This document shows, piece by piece, positions 41,657-50,308 of a stretch of 64,000 nucleotides of DNA. This DNA comes from Coriobacteriia bacterium (GTDB lineage: Bacteria; Actinomycetota; Coriobacteriia; Anaerosomatales; SLCP01). The translations under genes and the position numbers were made by a program. The stretch covers positions 836-64,835 of the forward strand of contig JACUUN010000003.1 of the NCBI GenBank assembly GCA_014859265.1, in the 5' to 3' direction. The notes under the pieces are model-generated. The model ran no database searches, had not been told where the DNA came from, and worked only from the letters and a program-made list of their open reading frames with translations. The stretch's first letter is position 1. Each line of letters opens with the position of its first letter.

Positions 41657-42526
41657 TCATTGGGCGAACAGGCTGTCGAGACACGACGAGCCCTCGCTTG
41701 TGAGGACGCGCTTGCCGGATGCGTCAGACTCAATAAGGCCGCTGTGCTCGAGATAGGCAAGGTCGCGGTAGGCGGTCGAGAGGGCCACCGAGAGCTCCTT
41801 AGATACTATAGTAGGGCCGACCTCCCCCAACTCGAGGACGAGTGACAACACCTGCTTCTGGCGCGTCGTGAGCGGGGGGGAACCAGCAAAGGGAGAGGGC
41901 GGATCCTCCTCTTCCAGAGAGCCGCCGGGGGCCTCATCGCCAGAAGGCGCGGGAGTGGGTCGTGAAGCCCGTACGGTGACGACGGTTCCGTATCCGAGGT
42001 TGTCGTCGATTTCCAGGCTCCCCCCCGAGAACCCGAGGAAGTCTTTGACGATAGGCAGTCCGGAACCGACTCCCCGTATGATTCGCTTCATGCGGTAGGT
42101 AGCAGTCGTGAAGCCGGGCAACAACGCGCGCTGCTTATCGCTGATGCCGGGACCCTGGTCAGCAAAGCGGATCGTCTGGCCACTGTCCAATATAGACACG
42201 ACGGGCTCACGAAAGTCGGCGTGAATGAAGTTCTCGGCCACCTCGCGGATGACCGTATAGGGGACGCCCCCACCCGCCTCGCGAGAGTGAGCGAAGACTC
42301 TCGCAGCTATCTGCTCGACGAATTCGGCCTCTGTGGAGAAGGTGACCTCCTCGGTGCGGGGAGCGGCTGCGGGAGCATCGTAGATGGCGATTCGGGCAGA
42401 CTGTTCCGGCCCGTGCGTTGTCCCGGTGGCGGGCGGCGCAACGATAACGGAAGAATCCCTCCCGCGGTCCCCTCTCGAAACGGCGGGCCGGCCGCCGAAG
42501 AAGCTCTTCACGTACTCCCCCATCAC
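41657..42526 (-). CDS. GHKL-type ATPase domain protein with a C-terminal winged-helix DNA-binding domain, function unknown
   Basis: Bergerat-fold motifs [10 protein letters not shown] (N box), DQGPGI (G1), GVGSGLPIV (G2). Then a Pro/Glu-rich linker and an HTH-like [47 protein letters not shown]. The stop is 17 nt upstream of the dnaA ATG. Confidence 0.7.
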   Translation of the reverse strand: MMGEYVKSFFGGRPAVSRGDRGRDSSVIVAPPATGTTHGPEQSARIAIYDAPAAAPRTEEVTFSTEAEFVEQIAARVFAHSREAGGGVPYTVIREVAENFIHADFREPVVSILDSGQTIRFADQGPGISDKQRALLPGFTTATYRMKRIIRGVGSGLPIVKDFLGFSGGSLEIDDNLGYGTVVTVRASRPTPAPSGDEAPGGSLEEEDPPSPFAGSPPLTTRQKQVLSLVLELGEVGPTIVSKELSVALSTAYRDLAYLEHSGLIESDASGKRVLTSEGSSCLDSLFAQ

Positions 42527-42539
42527 TTTCCACGGTCGT

Positions 42540-43070
42540 GCGGTTCGTCCACACGCTTATCAACAGCTGCGGACTCGCCGCAAAATCCTTAAACACCTGC
42601 AACCTGCCGTAGCCACCTGCGGGTCTCTGGCCGACGCTCCGAGGACTCACGGCCCCGACAAGGGCTTTTCGCTCTTATCCACAGGGCTTTCCACATCTGT
42701 GGAGACCCGCTTTCGTTCCCGCTCCCAGAACCCTCAAGCTGCCAGCGTAGGGGCTTCCAGCGGGGTTCTGGCTTTCCTCTCCTGTTGAAAAAGGGAAGGA
42801 TTTGGCTTTCGGTGTTGTGGATAGAACCCGGAGGCGGGTGCCTCAGCTCCGTACTCCTGTGAAGAAAAGCGATTCGAGAGAATCGTGGTGGAGGAAACAC
42901 CGTGCTGGCATATGTCCTGAACAGGTGTTTTCAAGGTTGTCCCTAGGGATTACGAATCCCATCAGGCACGACCGATGGTAACAAACCAGGACATGCACAA
43001 CAATGCAGAAGGCGGACTTATCCACAGGTTCAACAAGCGCACACGCTGGGTTTTCCACACTGTCCACAGA
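42540..43070. other. DnaA-box cluster in the rpmH / GHKL-gene divergent spacer (second oriC or dnaA-promoter segment)
   Basis: Perfect TTATCCACA at 42675-42683 and 43018-43026. Near-consensus boxes: TTATCAACA (about 42557), TTTCCACA (about 42688), TGTGGATAG (42816-42824), TTTTCCACA (43051-43059), TGTCCACA (43061-43068). GC is lower than the flanks. Confidence 0.6.
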
Positions 43071-43231
43071 TTTGATCGGAGTTTGCCGCCCGTTATCAGA
43101 CAGGCGGTCAAGGCTAAGACACCAAAGTGGAGCCGTCTGACGCGCGGCGTCGTCGTTGACACCGCATCAGAGCGACGCATACAATCAGTGGGCTTTGCTC
43201 CCGTTCGGGAGCTGAATCGGAGGAATCAGCC

Positions 43232-43366
43232 GTGAAGAGGACTTACCAGCCCAACAACCGAAAGCGTAGCAAGACGCACGGCTTTCGCGTGCGCATGTCG
43301 ACGCGTGCCGGCCGCCGCATACTTGCGAACCGTCGTCGCAAGGGCCGCGAGGTACTGTCGGCCTGA
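43232..43366 (+). CDS. rpmH: 50S ribosomal protein L34
   Basis: Translates to [44 protein letters not shown] (44 aa). GTG after GGAGGA. It is too short to appear in the ORF track. Confidence 0.93.
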   Translation: MKRTYQPNNRKRSKTHGFRVRMSTRAGRRILANRRRKGREVLSA

Positions 43367-43392
43367 CGGGCTGGGAGTGAGCGGGGCGCGAC

Positions 43393-43725
43393 GTGAAGAG
43401 CACGATCCGGTCGAACCGTGAGATGGACGAGGTGCTCCGTGCAGGCGCGCGAGTATCGCACCCACTAGTGATCGCGCTCATACGAGAGACACCGCCGGGG
43501 CGCGGCCCAGAGGGCCGCGTCGCCTTTGTTGCGGGCAAGAAACTTGGCAACGCCGTGAAGCGCAACCGCTCCAAACGTGTCCTGCGCGCAGCGGTGGCAC
43601 GCGCGGGGGGCCCCTGGCCTGGGGCGGACGTTGTATTCATCGCTCGGCCGACGACCGCTACTGCTCCTCCTGGCCGATTGGACGAGGCGCTAGGGGTCGT
43701 GGCGCGCAGGATTGGTGCACACTGA
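43393..43725 (+). CDS. rnpA: ribonuclease P protein component
   Basis: 110 aa with [17 protein letters not shown], the RNR motif, in the conserved position after rpmH. Confidence 0.9.
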   Translation: MKSTIRSNREMDEVLRAGARVSHPLVIALIRETPPGRGPEGRVAFVAGKKLGNAVKRNRSKRVLRAAVARAGGPWPGADVVFIARPTTATAPPGRLDEALGVVARRIGAH

Positions 43726-43946
43726 TGAGGACTTTGCCGAGAGGTGTGGCGACCGGGGTAGTGCGCGTCTATCAGAAGCTCATCTCCCCGCTCTTTCCCC
43801 CTTCGTGCCGATTCACCCCCTCCTGCTCTTCGTATGCGATAACATCACTGCAGCGATATGGTGTACTCAGAGGGGGCTGGCTCGCGGTCAAGCGCGTAGG
43901 GCGCTGTCACCCGTGGCACCCCGGGGGCTACGACCCGGTGCCCTGA
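43725..43946 (+). CDS. yidD: membrane protein insertion efficiency factor YidD
   Basis: [23 protein letters not shown]...[13 protein letters not shown] is the YidD signature. 1-nt overlap with the rnpA stop. Confidence 0.9.
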   Translation: MRTLPRGVATGVVRVYQKLISPLFPPSCRFTPSCSSYAITSLQRYGVLRGGWLAVKRVGRCHPWHPGGYDPVP

Positions 43947-44005
43947 ACACACGAAGTAAGCCTGACCAGCCGCCTCGGCGGCTTGAATGAGGAGGTCTCC
44001 GACCT

Positions 44006-44719
44006 GTGTGGCTAGCAATCAAGGAAGCCATATTCTCCGGCCTGCAGTTCCTGCACGACATCACCGGCGACTACGGCGTAGCTATCATTCTGCTTACTGT
44101 GGCCATCCGCCTGCTGATGATCCCGCTCACAGTGAAGCAAACCCGCTCGATGTACGAGATGCAGCGGATACAGCCGAAGATTAAGGAACTTCAGAAGAAG
44201 TACAAGAACGACAAAGAGAAACTGCAGGAAGAGACGCTGAAGTTCTACCAGGAGAACAAGGTGAACCCGTTCGGCGGATGTCTCCCCCTTCTCCTCCAGA
44301 TGCCGGTTTTCATCGCGCTTTACCAGGTTCTGGGAGGAACACCCGAGCGGCCCGGCCTCTTCCTCGAGTACGTTGCCTCACTACCAGAAGCGGAGCAGGA
44401 TGTGGCCACACGGTTCTGGATAATTCTTCCAGACCTGACTGCGATTCCGTCGGCAGTCTGGTCTGCAGAAGGGCTTCTTGCAGTGCTCCCTTACGCGTTG
44501 CTTGTGGTTCTTTTCGGTCTCAGTATCTGGCTGCCCCAGATGCTGATGCCTGGAGAGAATCAGCAGAAGCAGATTGCGATGATCATGGCCGTGTTCATGC
44601 TGTACATCGGATGGATAAGCCCCGCAGGAGTGCTCCTGTATTGGGTCACCTCCAGCGTGCTTGGCATTGCGCAACAGCAAATACAGCTGAAGCTCCTCGG
44701 ACAGAGAGGGGATGCGTAA
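44006..44719 (+). CDS. yidC: membrane protein insertase YidC (short Gram-positive type)
   Basis: YGVAIILLTVAIRLLMIPLT, MQRIQPKIKELQKKY, GCLPLLLQMPVFIALY. Confidence 0.92.
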   Translation: MWLAIKEAIFSGLQFLHDITGDYGVAIILLTVAIRLLMIPLTVKQTRSMYEMQRIQPKIKELQKKYKNDKEKLQEETLKFYQENKVNPFGGCLPLLLQMPVFIALYQVLGGTPERPGLFLEYVASLPEAEQDVATRFWIILPDLTAIPSAVWSAEGLLAVLPYALLVVLFGLSIWLPQMLMPGENQQKQIAMIMAVFMLYIGWISPAGVLLYWVTSSVLGIAQQQIQLKLLGQRGDA

Positions 44720-44722
44720 CCA

Positions 44723-45511
44723 ATGAAGAGAGAGACTACCGCCGAAGGCGCAACCGTCGAGGAGGCGCTCGATACGGCTCTTGCCCAGCTGGGGGTGCAG
44801 CAGGACGCAGTGGAGTATGAGGTCATCGAGGAAGCCGGGAAGAGGCTCTTCGGACTCGGCTCAGAGCGTCTGGCACAGGTTCGCGTGTGGCTGCGCGAGG
44901 AGTTCATTGCGGAGATTGGGGAGCGCGAGGACGATGACGCCCCCCCAGAAGGCGTTGCGAAAGAAGACAACCTTGAGACGGCCGAGCCTGGCGCGGACAC
45001 CCCGCCGACTGGTCTCCTCAGGGTTTCGGTCGAGGATCTCAGCGATGAGGAGCTCGACCGGGTGGCCGACGAAGCAGTCAGTGCGATACAGAGTGTCCTG
45101 AACGGCTTCGGCATCGAGGCGAGTATCGAGGAGTACGAAGGCGACGAGGGCGAGATAATCCTGGACATCGTCGGCGACGACCTTGGCCTGCTCATCGGCC
45201 GTCATGGGCGCACGCTCGATGCTCTGCAGATCCTGGTCGCCGCGATTACCAACCGGCGCATCGGTTTCCGATACCCCGTGCTTGTGGATGTCGAGGGCTA
45301 TCGCAACCGGCGACGCGTGAAGCTTGAGGAGATGGGCCAGCGTGCGGCGGAAAGGGCCATCCGTCAGCAGGGCCCGGTAAAACTCCGCCCGATGTCCAGC
45401 CTAGAGCGCAGAGTCGTCCATATGAGTTTGCGCGATAATCCGCGTGTGTCCACCGCTAGCGAGGGGGAGGAGCCGTTCCGTGCGGTGGTCGTAACGCCGC
45501 GACGCAGGTAG
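44723..45511 (+). CDS. jag: Jag/KhpB RNA-binding protein (Jag_N, KH and R3H domains)
   Basis: N-terminal Jag_N, acidic linker, KH-like IGRHGRTLDALQ and R3H-like ERRVVHMSL. Conserved position after yidC. Confidence 0.88.
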   Translation: MKRETTAEGATVEEALDTALAQLGVQQDAVEYEVIEEAGKRLFGLGSERLAQVRVWLREEFIAEIGEREDDDAPPEGVAKEDNLETAEPGADTPPTGLLRVSVEDLSDEELDRVADEAVSAIQSVLNGFGIEASIEEYEGDEGEIILDIVGDDLGLLIGRHGRTLDALQILVAAITNRRIGFRYPVLVDVEGYRNRRRVKLEEMGQRAAERAIRQQGPVKLRPMSSLERRVVHMSLRDNPRVSTASEGEEPFRAVVVTPRRR

Positions 45512-45538
45512 TACCACTTCTCACACAGGAGTGAGTCA

Positions 45539-45568
45539 ACGAAGGGGCGGCCTTGACCGCCCCTTCGT
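45539..45568 (+). terminator. intrinsic terminator-like hairpin after jag
   Basis: ACGAAGGGGCGG-ccttga-CCGCCCCTTCGT, a perfect 12-bp stem, 27 nt after the jag stop. Confidence 0.65.
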
Positions 45569-46217
45569 GCTCTCTCGTGCGTGGTTGTCGAAGGGCAACG
45601 CAAGGCGTCCACACGATCTGCTTTGGAGCCACCTTTTGGACGCATCTGCGCCGAACGATCTGCGGGGGCATCCCCGGCGGGAAGAGAAGCGGGAACCAAC
45701 GAGACAGCACGATGTTCTGGATGACAGAGCGCGATTAACCGGACTCGATGCAAGAGTTCTTGTCTGTGTGAGCCGCTACACTTGGCAGCCCACTTGTCCA
45801 GCGGTGTTGCGCGGCTACCGCGGGACTTGCCGTTTCTGGATTCCATGATTCGAATCGTGATGCGTGGAACCGAAAGCACGGAATGATATTGTCGACGAAG
45901 GTCGCGTCGATGGGGCACAAGTACGGCGAAGGCTCGAGTTTCATGTCCACTTGGCGGGGAGCGCGACAGGATCCTGCGAATCGCGAGTTCTTGTCAGCTG
46001 ACTGCGGAAGTGTCGCTGTCCAGGAGAGATGTGCGCGGTAAAGAGTGCCCCGCCCCATGAGCGTCCGTGTCTTTCTATAATCCGGCAACGTTAAGTAGGC
46101 AGCAGGATGTCCAAGGCGCTGCGTGGCACCCGGGTTCGCGATTTTGATTTGAGGACGAACGCCAGGCGGGCGCCTCCGTAGCGGACCACGAGGGATGAAC
46201 AGCGTGGACGCTCAAGT

Positions 46218-46233
46218 GGTTTCACGTGAAACA
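46218..46233. other. parS centromere-like site
   Basis: GGTTTCACGTGAAACA matches the tGTTtCACGTGAAACa parS consensus at 15 of 16 positions. Confidence 0.8.
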
Positions 46234-46277
46234 TCCGGAAGGCCGTTGAGACGCTTGCGTCTCGATTGCGTGTATGA

Positions 46278-46293
46278 TGTTTCACGTGAAACT
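46278..46293. other. parS centromere-like site
   Basis: TGTTTCACGTGAAACT matches the parS consensus at 15 of 16 positions. It lies 26 nt upstream of the preferred rsmG start. Confidence 0.8.
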
Positions 46294-46318
46294 TCGCCTG
46301 ATTGCCGGGAGGGGCGTC

Positions 46319-47035
46319 GTGAGTGTATGCGAACGCGATTACATCATCCGATGTGCTGCTGATCTGGGCGTCGGGGTCACAGAAGAGCAGGCGCGCCTCC
46401 TGCTGTCTCATCTCGACACCGTACTTGAGGCGAACCAGCGGCTGAATCTCACCGCAATCACCGACCGCTATCGCGGTGTGAGGCTGCACATAGTTGACTC
46501 ACTCGCGGTGCTTCCGTACGTCGGCAGCGCAGAAGGGAGTGCGGCAGACATCGGGAGCGGCGCCGGCTTCCCTGGCATCCCCGTTGCCATTGTGGCCGAA
46601 CGCCCCTTGGATCTCATTGAGTCGATCAAGAAGAGAGCTGTATTCCTCGAGGCGTGCGTGCGTTTGCTTGGAGGCCTATGGGGTACGGAGGTGCTGCCCC
46701 TGCGCGCCGAAGAGGCGGCGGAGTCGCACGCGTGTTCCTACACATGCGTCATGGCCCGAGCTCTGACATCTCTTCCGGCGCTGGTAGAACTCGCAAGCCC
46801 ATTGCTTGTGATTGGCGGGCGCCTTGTGGCGATGAAGGGGGCGCCGACAGCAGAGGAGCTTCGTTCAGGCGAAAACGCAGCTCGAATGGTGGGTATGGAG
46901 GAGACTCAACGAGTCGAGTATCGTCTCCCCGAATTGGGGGAGACCCGGACCCTCGTATGCTACACGAGGGTCGGCCAGTCGGAGGTTCCGCTTCCGAGGC
47001 GCGTGGGTCTCGCCCAAAAACGTCCGCTCGCCTGA
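46319..47035 (+). CDS. rsmG: 16S rRNA (guanine527-N7)-methyltransferase RsmG
   Basis: NQRLNLTAI...HIVDSL...DIGSGAGFPGIPVAI...ARA is the RsmG/GidB signature. GTG at 46319 after GGGAGGGG. The track start at 46274 would put a parS site inside the coding sequence. Confidence 0.88.
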   Translation: MSVCERDYIIRCAADLGVGVTEEQARLLLSHLDTVLEANQRLNLTAITDRYRGVRLHIVDSLAVLPYVGSAEGSAADIGSGAGFPGIPVAIVAERPLDLIESIKKRAVFLEACVRLLGGLWGTEVLPLRAEEAAESHACSYTCVMARALTSLPALVELASPLLVIGGRLVAMKGAPTAEELRSGENAARMVGMEETQRVEYRLPELGETRTLVCYTRVGQSEVPLPRRVGLAQKRPLA

Positions 47036-47096
47036 GCTGTGGGTTCACGCGAGTGAGGCAATCACCTATACTATCGGCTGTCGTCTCGCTCAAGCG

Positions 47097-47915
47097 GTGA
47101 GAGGGGTTGTTGTGTTCGAGGATGTTGAGGGGCCCTGTCCGAATCCTTCACCAGGAGCTCTCGTTCTTGCCGTGGTGAACCAGAAGGGCGGAGTCGGCAA
47201 AAGCACCACCGCCGTCAACCTGAGCGCCTGCCTTGGTGAGCTTGGCAGGAAGGTTCTTCTTGTCGACCTCGACCCCCAAGGCAACGCTACTTCCGGGTAC
47301 GGTCTCAACCGCAATCAACGTAGTGAGTGCATCTACGATGCCTTGCTCGGCGAAACTGCGCTCGAGACCCTGATCGAGCCGGTCGAAGTCGAACATGTGT
47401 TCGCTGTTCCGGCCACCATTCAGCTCGCGGGTGCTGAGATCGAGCTGGTGTCGACCATGAGCCGTGAGACACGGCTGAAGACAATCCTCGCTCCGGTGCT
47501 CGATGATTTCGAATTCATCATCATCGATTGCCCGCCGTCGCTCGGACTTCTGACGGTGAACGGCCTTACCGCAGCTCGGGGTCTAGTGATCCCGATTCAA
47601 TGCGAGTACTATGCGCTGGAAGGACTTTCCAAGTTGCTGGACAGCATCCGCCTTGTCAGGGCCCACCTGAACCCGAGGCTCGAGGTGTTTGGCGTCGTCA
47701 TGACGATGTTCGACGTGAGGACGAAGCTCTCGCAGCAGGTCGTGGACGAGGTGCGGGAGTTCTTCGACACCAAGGTGTTTGACGCGCTCATCCCGCGTTC
47801 GGTCCGGCTCTCCGAGGCGCCGAGCTTCGGCCAGCCCGTGACGCTCTACGATTCCAACGGCAAGGGTGCCCTGGCCTACCGGGCTCTAGCGAAGGAAGTG
47901 ATCGATCGTGTCTAA
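47097..47915 (+). CDS. parA: ParA/Soj chromosome partitioning ATPase
   Basis: Deviant Walker A NQKGGVGKSTTAVNL, DLDPQGNATSG, IIIDCPPSLG. The start is uncertain within the first 15 codons or so. Confidence 0.93.
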   Translation: MRGVVVFEDVEGPCPNPSPGALVLAVVNQKGGVGKSTTAVNLSACLGELGRKVLLVDLDPQGNATSGYGLNRNQRSECIYDALLGETALETLIEPVEVEHVFAVPATIQLAGAEIELVSTMSRETRLKTILAPVLDDFEFIIIDCPPSLGLLTVNGLTAARGLVIPIQCEYYALEGLSKLLDSIRLVRAHLNPRLEVFGVVMTMFDVRTKLSQQVVDEVREFFDTKVFDALIPRSVRLSEAPSFGQPVTLYDSNGKGALAYRALAKEVIDRV

Positions 47916-48780
47916 GAGGGGATTGGGACGCGGCCTGTCCGCGCTCATACCGAACGTGACCGAGGAGGGCGCGCAGGACGTTCGCGAGGTTGCGGTCGAC
48001 CAGATCACGCCGAATCCGAAGCAGCCGCGTACCGATATAGACGAGGGGACGGTCGCCGAGCTCGCCGACTCGGTGCGGAAGGTGGGTGTCCTGCAGCCCG
48101 TCATCGTTCGCCCATACAGCGACGGCTACCAGATCATCGCTGGCGAGCGCAGATGGAGGGCGGCGCGCATCGCGGGCCTGGAGCGGGTTCCCGTCAGAGT
48201 GCTCAACATCAGCGAGACAGAGTCGCTCGAGCTCGCCCTCATCGAGAACCTGCAACGCGAGGACCTCAACCCGATCGAAGAGGCGCGCGGATTCCGGCGG
48301 TTACTGAGCGAGCATCAGATGACGCAGGCCGAGCTGGCCGACAAAGTGTCGAAGTCACGCTCCGCCGTCACGAACGCGCTCCGCCTGCTCGATCTCCCCG
48401 AAGAGGTCCAGGGTCACGTCTACGAGGGACGGCTTTCCGCAGGTCACGCGCGCACCATACTTTCGGTCCCGGACGAGGCTTTGCGAATCAGGCTTGCCGA
48501 CAAGGTGGTGGTCGATGGCCTGTCGGTGCGCGAGACCGAGAACCTCGCGCGGCTCTACGCCGCAGGGCAGGCCGAGCGGGCGCCAAGGCCCCAGACGCCC
48601 AAGTCGTTCAAGATAGTCGCGCGCAAACTCCGCCGCATTCTCGGTACCGGCGTGCGCGTCAGACAGACCCAGAAGAAGGGCAAGATAGAAATCGAGTTCC
48701 ACGGCGAGGAAGAGCTTGAGCGGATCTTCAGGCTGCTTACCGAGGGAGAGGCCCCCGCGGTCTCCACAGAGGAGGCGTGA
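47908..48780 (+). CDS. parB: ParB/Spo0J chromosome partitioning protein
   Basis: GLGRGLSALI, ParB box QPRTDIDE...SVRKVGVLQPVIVR, IIAGERRWRAA, HTH region QAELADKVSKSRSAVTNALRLL. Confidence 0.93.
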   Translation: MSKRGLGRGLSALIPNVTEEGAQDVREVAVDQITPNPKQPRTDIDEGTVAELADSVRKVGVLQPVIVRPYSDGYQIIAGERRWRAARIAGLERVPVRVLNISETESLELALIENLQREDLNPIEEARGFRRLLSEHQMTQAELADKVSKSRSAVTNALRLLDLPEEVQGHVYEGRLSAGHARTILSVPDEALRIRLADKVVVDGLSVRETENLARLYAAGQAERAPRPQTPKSFKIVARKLRRILGTGVRVRQTQKKGKIEIEFHGEEELERIFRLLTEGEAPAVSTEEA

Positions 48781-49079
48781 TGAGGCAGAAGATGGCATGG
48801 TTTGTCGTCGGTGCACTTTCCGGCCTGGCCGCCGGCCTGGCCGTCGGAATCCTGTTCGCCCCATCGAGCGGTGCGAAGACCCGCCGTCGACTCGCGACGG
48901 AGGCACGCCGGGCAGCAGAGGTCGCGCGGAACATGGCCGACGGTGCGGAGCGCGTTGCCGAGAGCCTTGGTGGTCGCGTGGAACACTACCTCGGACGCGA
49001 TGAAGAAGTGGCGAGGCGCAAGGTGCGCGAGATCCGCGAAGGAGTCCAGCGATACACGCGCGCGCAGACCGCGAATTGA
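48777..49079 (+). CDS. YtxH domain-containing small membrane-anchored protein
   Basis: 100 aa, N-terminal TM helix with GILFAPSSGAKTRRRL, typical of YtxH, then a charged helical tail. ATGA overlap with parB. Confidence 0.7.
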   Translation: MMRQKMAWFVVGALSGLAAGLAVGILFAPSSGAKTRRRLATEARRAAEVARNMADGAERVAESLGGRVEHYLGRDEEVARRKVREIREGVQRYTRAQTAN

Positions 49080-49254
49080 TTGTGTCAGACTCGGGAGAGC
49101 CCGTGTCTCTCCGAAAGGGGAGGAGACGATGACGCCCACCCTTGTCACGGGCGCCCGAATGCAGGCGAGTCAGGGTCTCTGTACGACGAGGGGGATTCGA
49201 TAGGTCCGGTTCCGCGCTGCACACGGTGCCGCATCACGGGCATGCTCTGCCCGC

Positions 49255-50307
49255 TCATCCCTCCGGGGCGTGCCGCTGGGTGAGTTGACCGCACGCAGCC
49301 TCGATGTCCATGCCGCGCTCCGTGCGAACGGTCGCCTGTATACTTGCGGCGGTCAAGCCGTCGAGGAAGGCCCTCATCCGCTCGTCGGACGGACGTTCGT
49401 GGCCGGAATCACCGACCGGGTTCACCGGGATCAGATTCACGTGGCAGAGCAGGCCCGTGCAGAACCCGATGAGGGCCGCGAGCTCCTCGGCCGAGTCGTT
49501 CAGCCCGTCCACGAGGGCGTACTCGAGCGAGGGCCGCCGACCGGTCGCTTCCGAGTAGTGCTGGAGAGCGGCACGCAGGCGGGGGAGTGGTTGAGTGCAT
49601 AACGCTGGCATGAGCCGGTCTCTCGTTGCCTGCACTGCGGAGTGCAACGAGACCGCTAGCGTAAACTGCTCCGGCTCGGACGCGAACCGTTCGATGCCGG
49701 CGACAAGGCCGCATGTTGACACGGTCAGGTGCCGTGCACCGATGCCCAGGCCGTCGGGGTCATTCATGAAGCGAAGTCCGCCGAGGGTGGCCCCGTAGTT
49801 AGCGAACGGCTCGCCCTGGCCCATCGCGACCGCGTTGGTGACCCGCAATCCGAAGTCCTCGCCCACGAGACGCACCTGGTCGACCATCTCTCCTGGCCCG
49901 AGGTCGCGCACGAGTCTGCCCTTGCCCGTTGCGCAGAAGGAGCACCCCATGGCGCAGCCTGCCTGCGTGGAGAAGCATACGGTGAGGCGGCCCTCGGCGG
50001 GCAGCCCGACGCTCTCGACCGTTGTTCCGTCGGCGAGTCGCCACAGGTACCTGCGTGTGTCGTCGAGTTCGGATACCTCTCGGGTCTCCAACCGGGGGCG
50101 GGCGAGCGGCAACTGGTCCGCAAGAGTCTCCCGCAGGCCGGCTGGCAGGTCGGTCATATCGTCGTAGGATGCGACACCGCGCTGGTAGAGCCAGCGGACG
50201 AGCTGGCCCGTCCGGAAGCGCGGCTGTCCGGCCTCGGCGAGCCATTCCTGCAGGCCGCTCCGGTCGAGCGCCGAGACACCGATGCCCAGCGGAGCACCTC
50301 CTGTCAC
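49255..50307 (-). CDS. rlmN: 23S rRNA (adenine2503-C2)-methyltransferase RlmN (radical SAM)
   Basis: FRTGQLVRWLY, radical-SAM cluster motif GCAMGCSFCATG, GMGEP, conserved C-terminal Cys region. The start is uncertain: GTG at 50307 sits 1 nt after the rubrerythrin stop and an AGGAGG lies just inside it. Confidence 0.85.
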   Translation of the reverse strand: MTGGAPLGIGVSALDRSGLQEWLAEAGQPRFRTGQLVRWLYQRGVASYDDMTDLPAGLRETLADQLPLARPRLETREVSELDDTRRYLWRLADGTTVESVGLPAEGRLTVCFSTQAGCAMGCSFCATGKGRLVRDLGPGEMVDQVRLVGEDFGLRVTNAVAMGQGEPFANYGATLGGLRFMNDPDGLGIGARHLTVSTCGLVAGIERFASEPEQFTLAVSLHSAVQATRDRLMPALCTQPLPRLRAALQHYSEATGRRPSLEYALVDGLNDSAEELAALIGFCTGLLCHVNLIPVNPVGDSGHERPSDERMRAFLDGLTAASIQATVRTERGMDIEAACGQLTQRHAPEG

Positions 50308-50308
50308 G

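Noticed and set aside
41640-41684. Longer dnaA start at 41684 ([15 protein letters not shown]...) as given in the ORF track.
   Set aside because: It would overlap the upstream GHKL gene by 28 nt and lacks an SD. The ATG at 41639 has GAGGGGGAG at ideal spacing and yields a typical DnaA N-terminus ([14 protein letters not shown]).
49129-49203. 24-aa ORF (MTPTLVTGARMQASQGLCTTRGIR) with a good GGAGGAG RBS in the convergent spacer between the YtxH gene and rlmN.
   Set aside because: It is too short to evaluate, with no recognisable motif. The apparent RBS is part of a GGAGAG..CTCTCC terminator-like hairpin region. It is kept only as a note.
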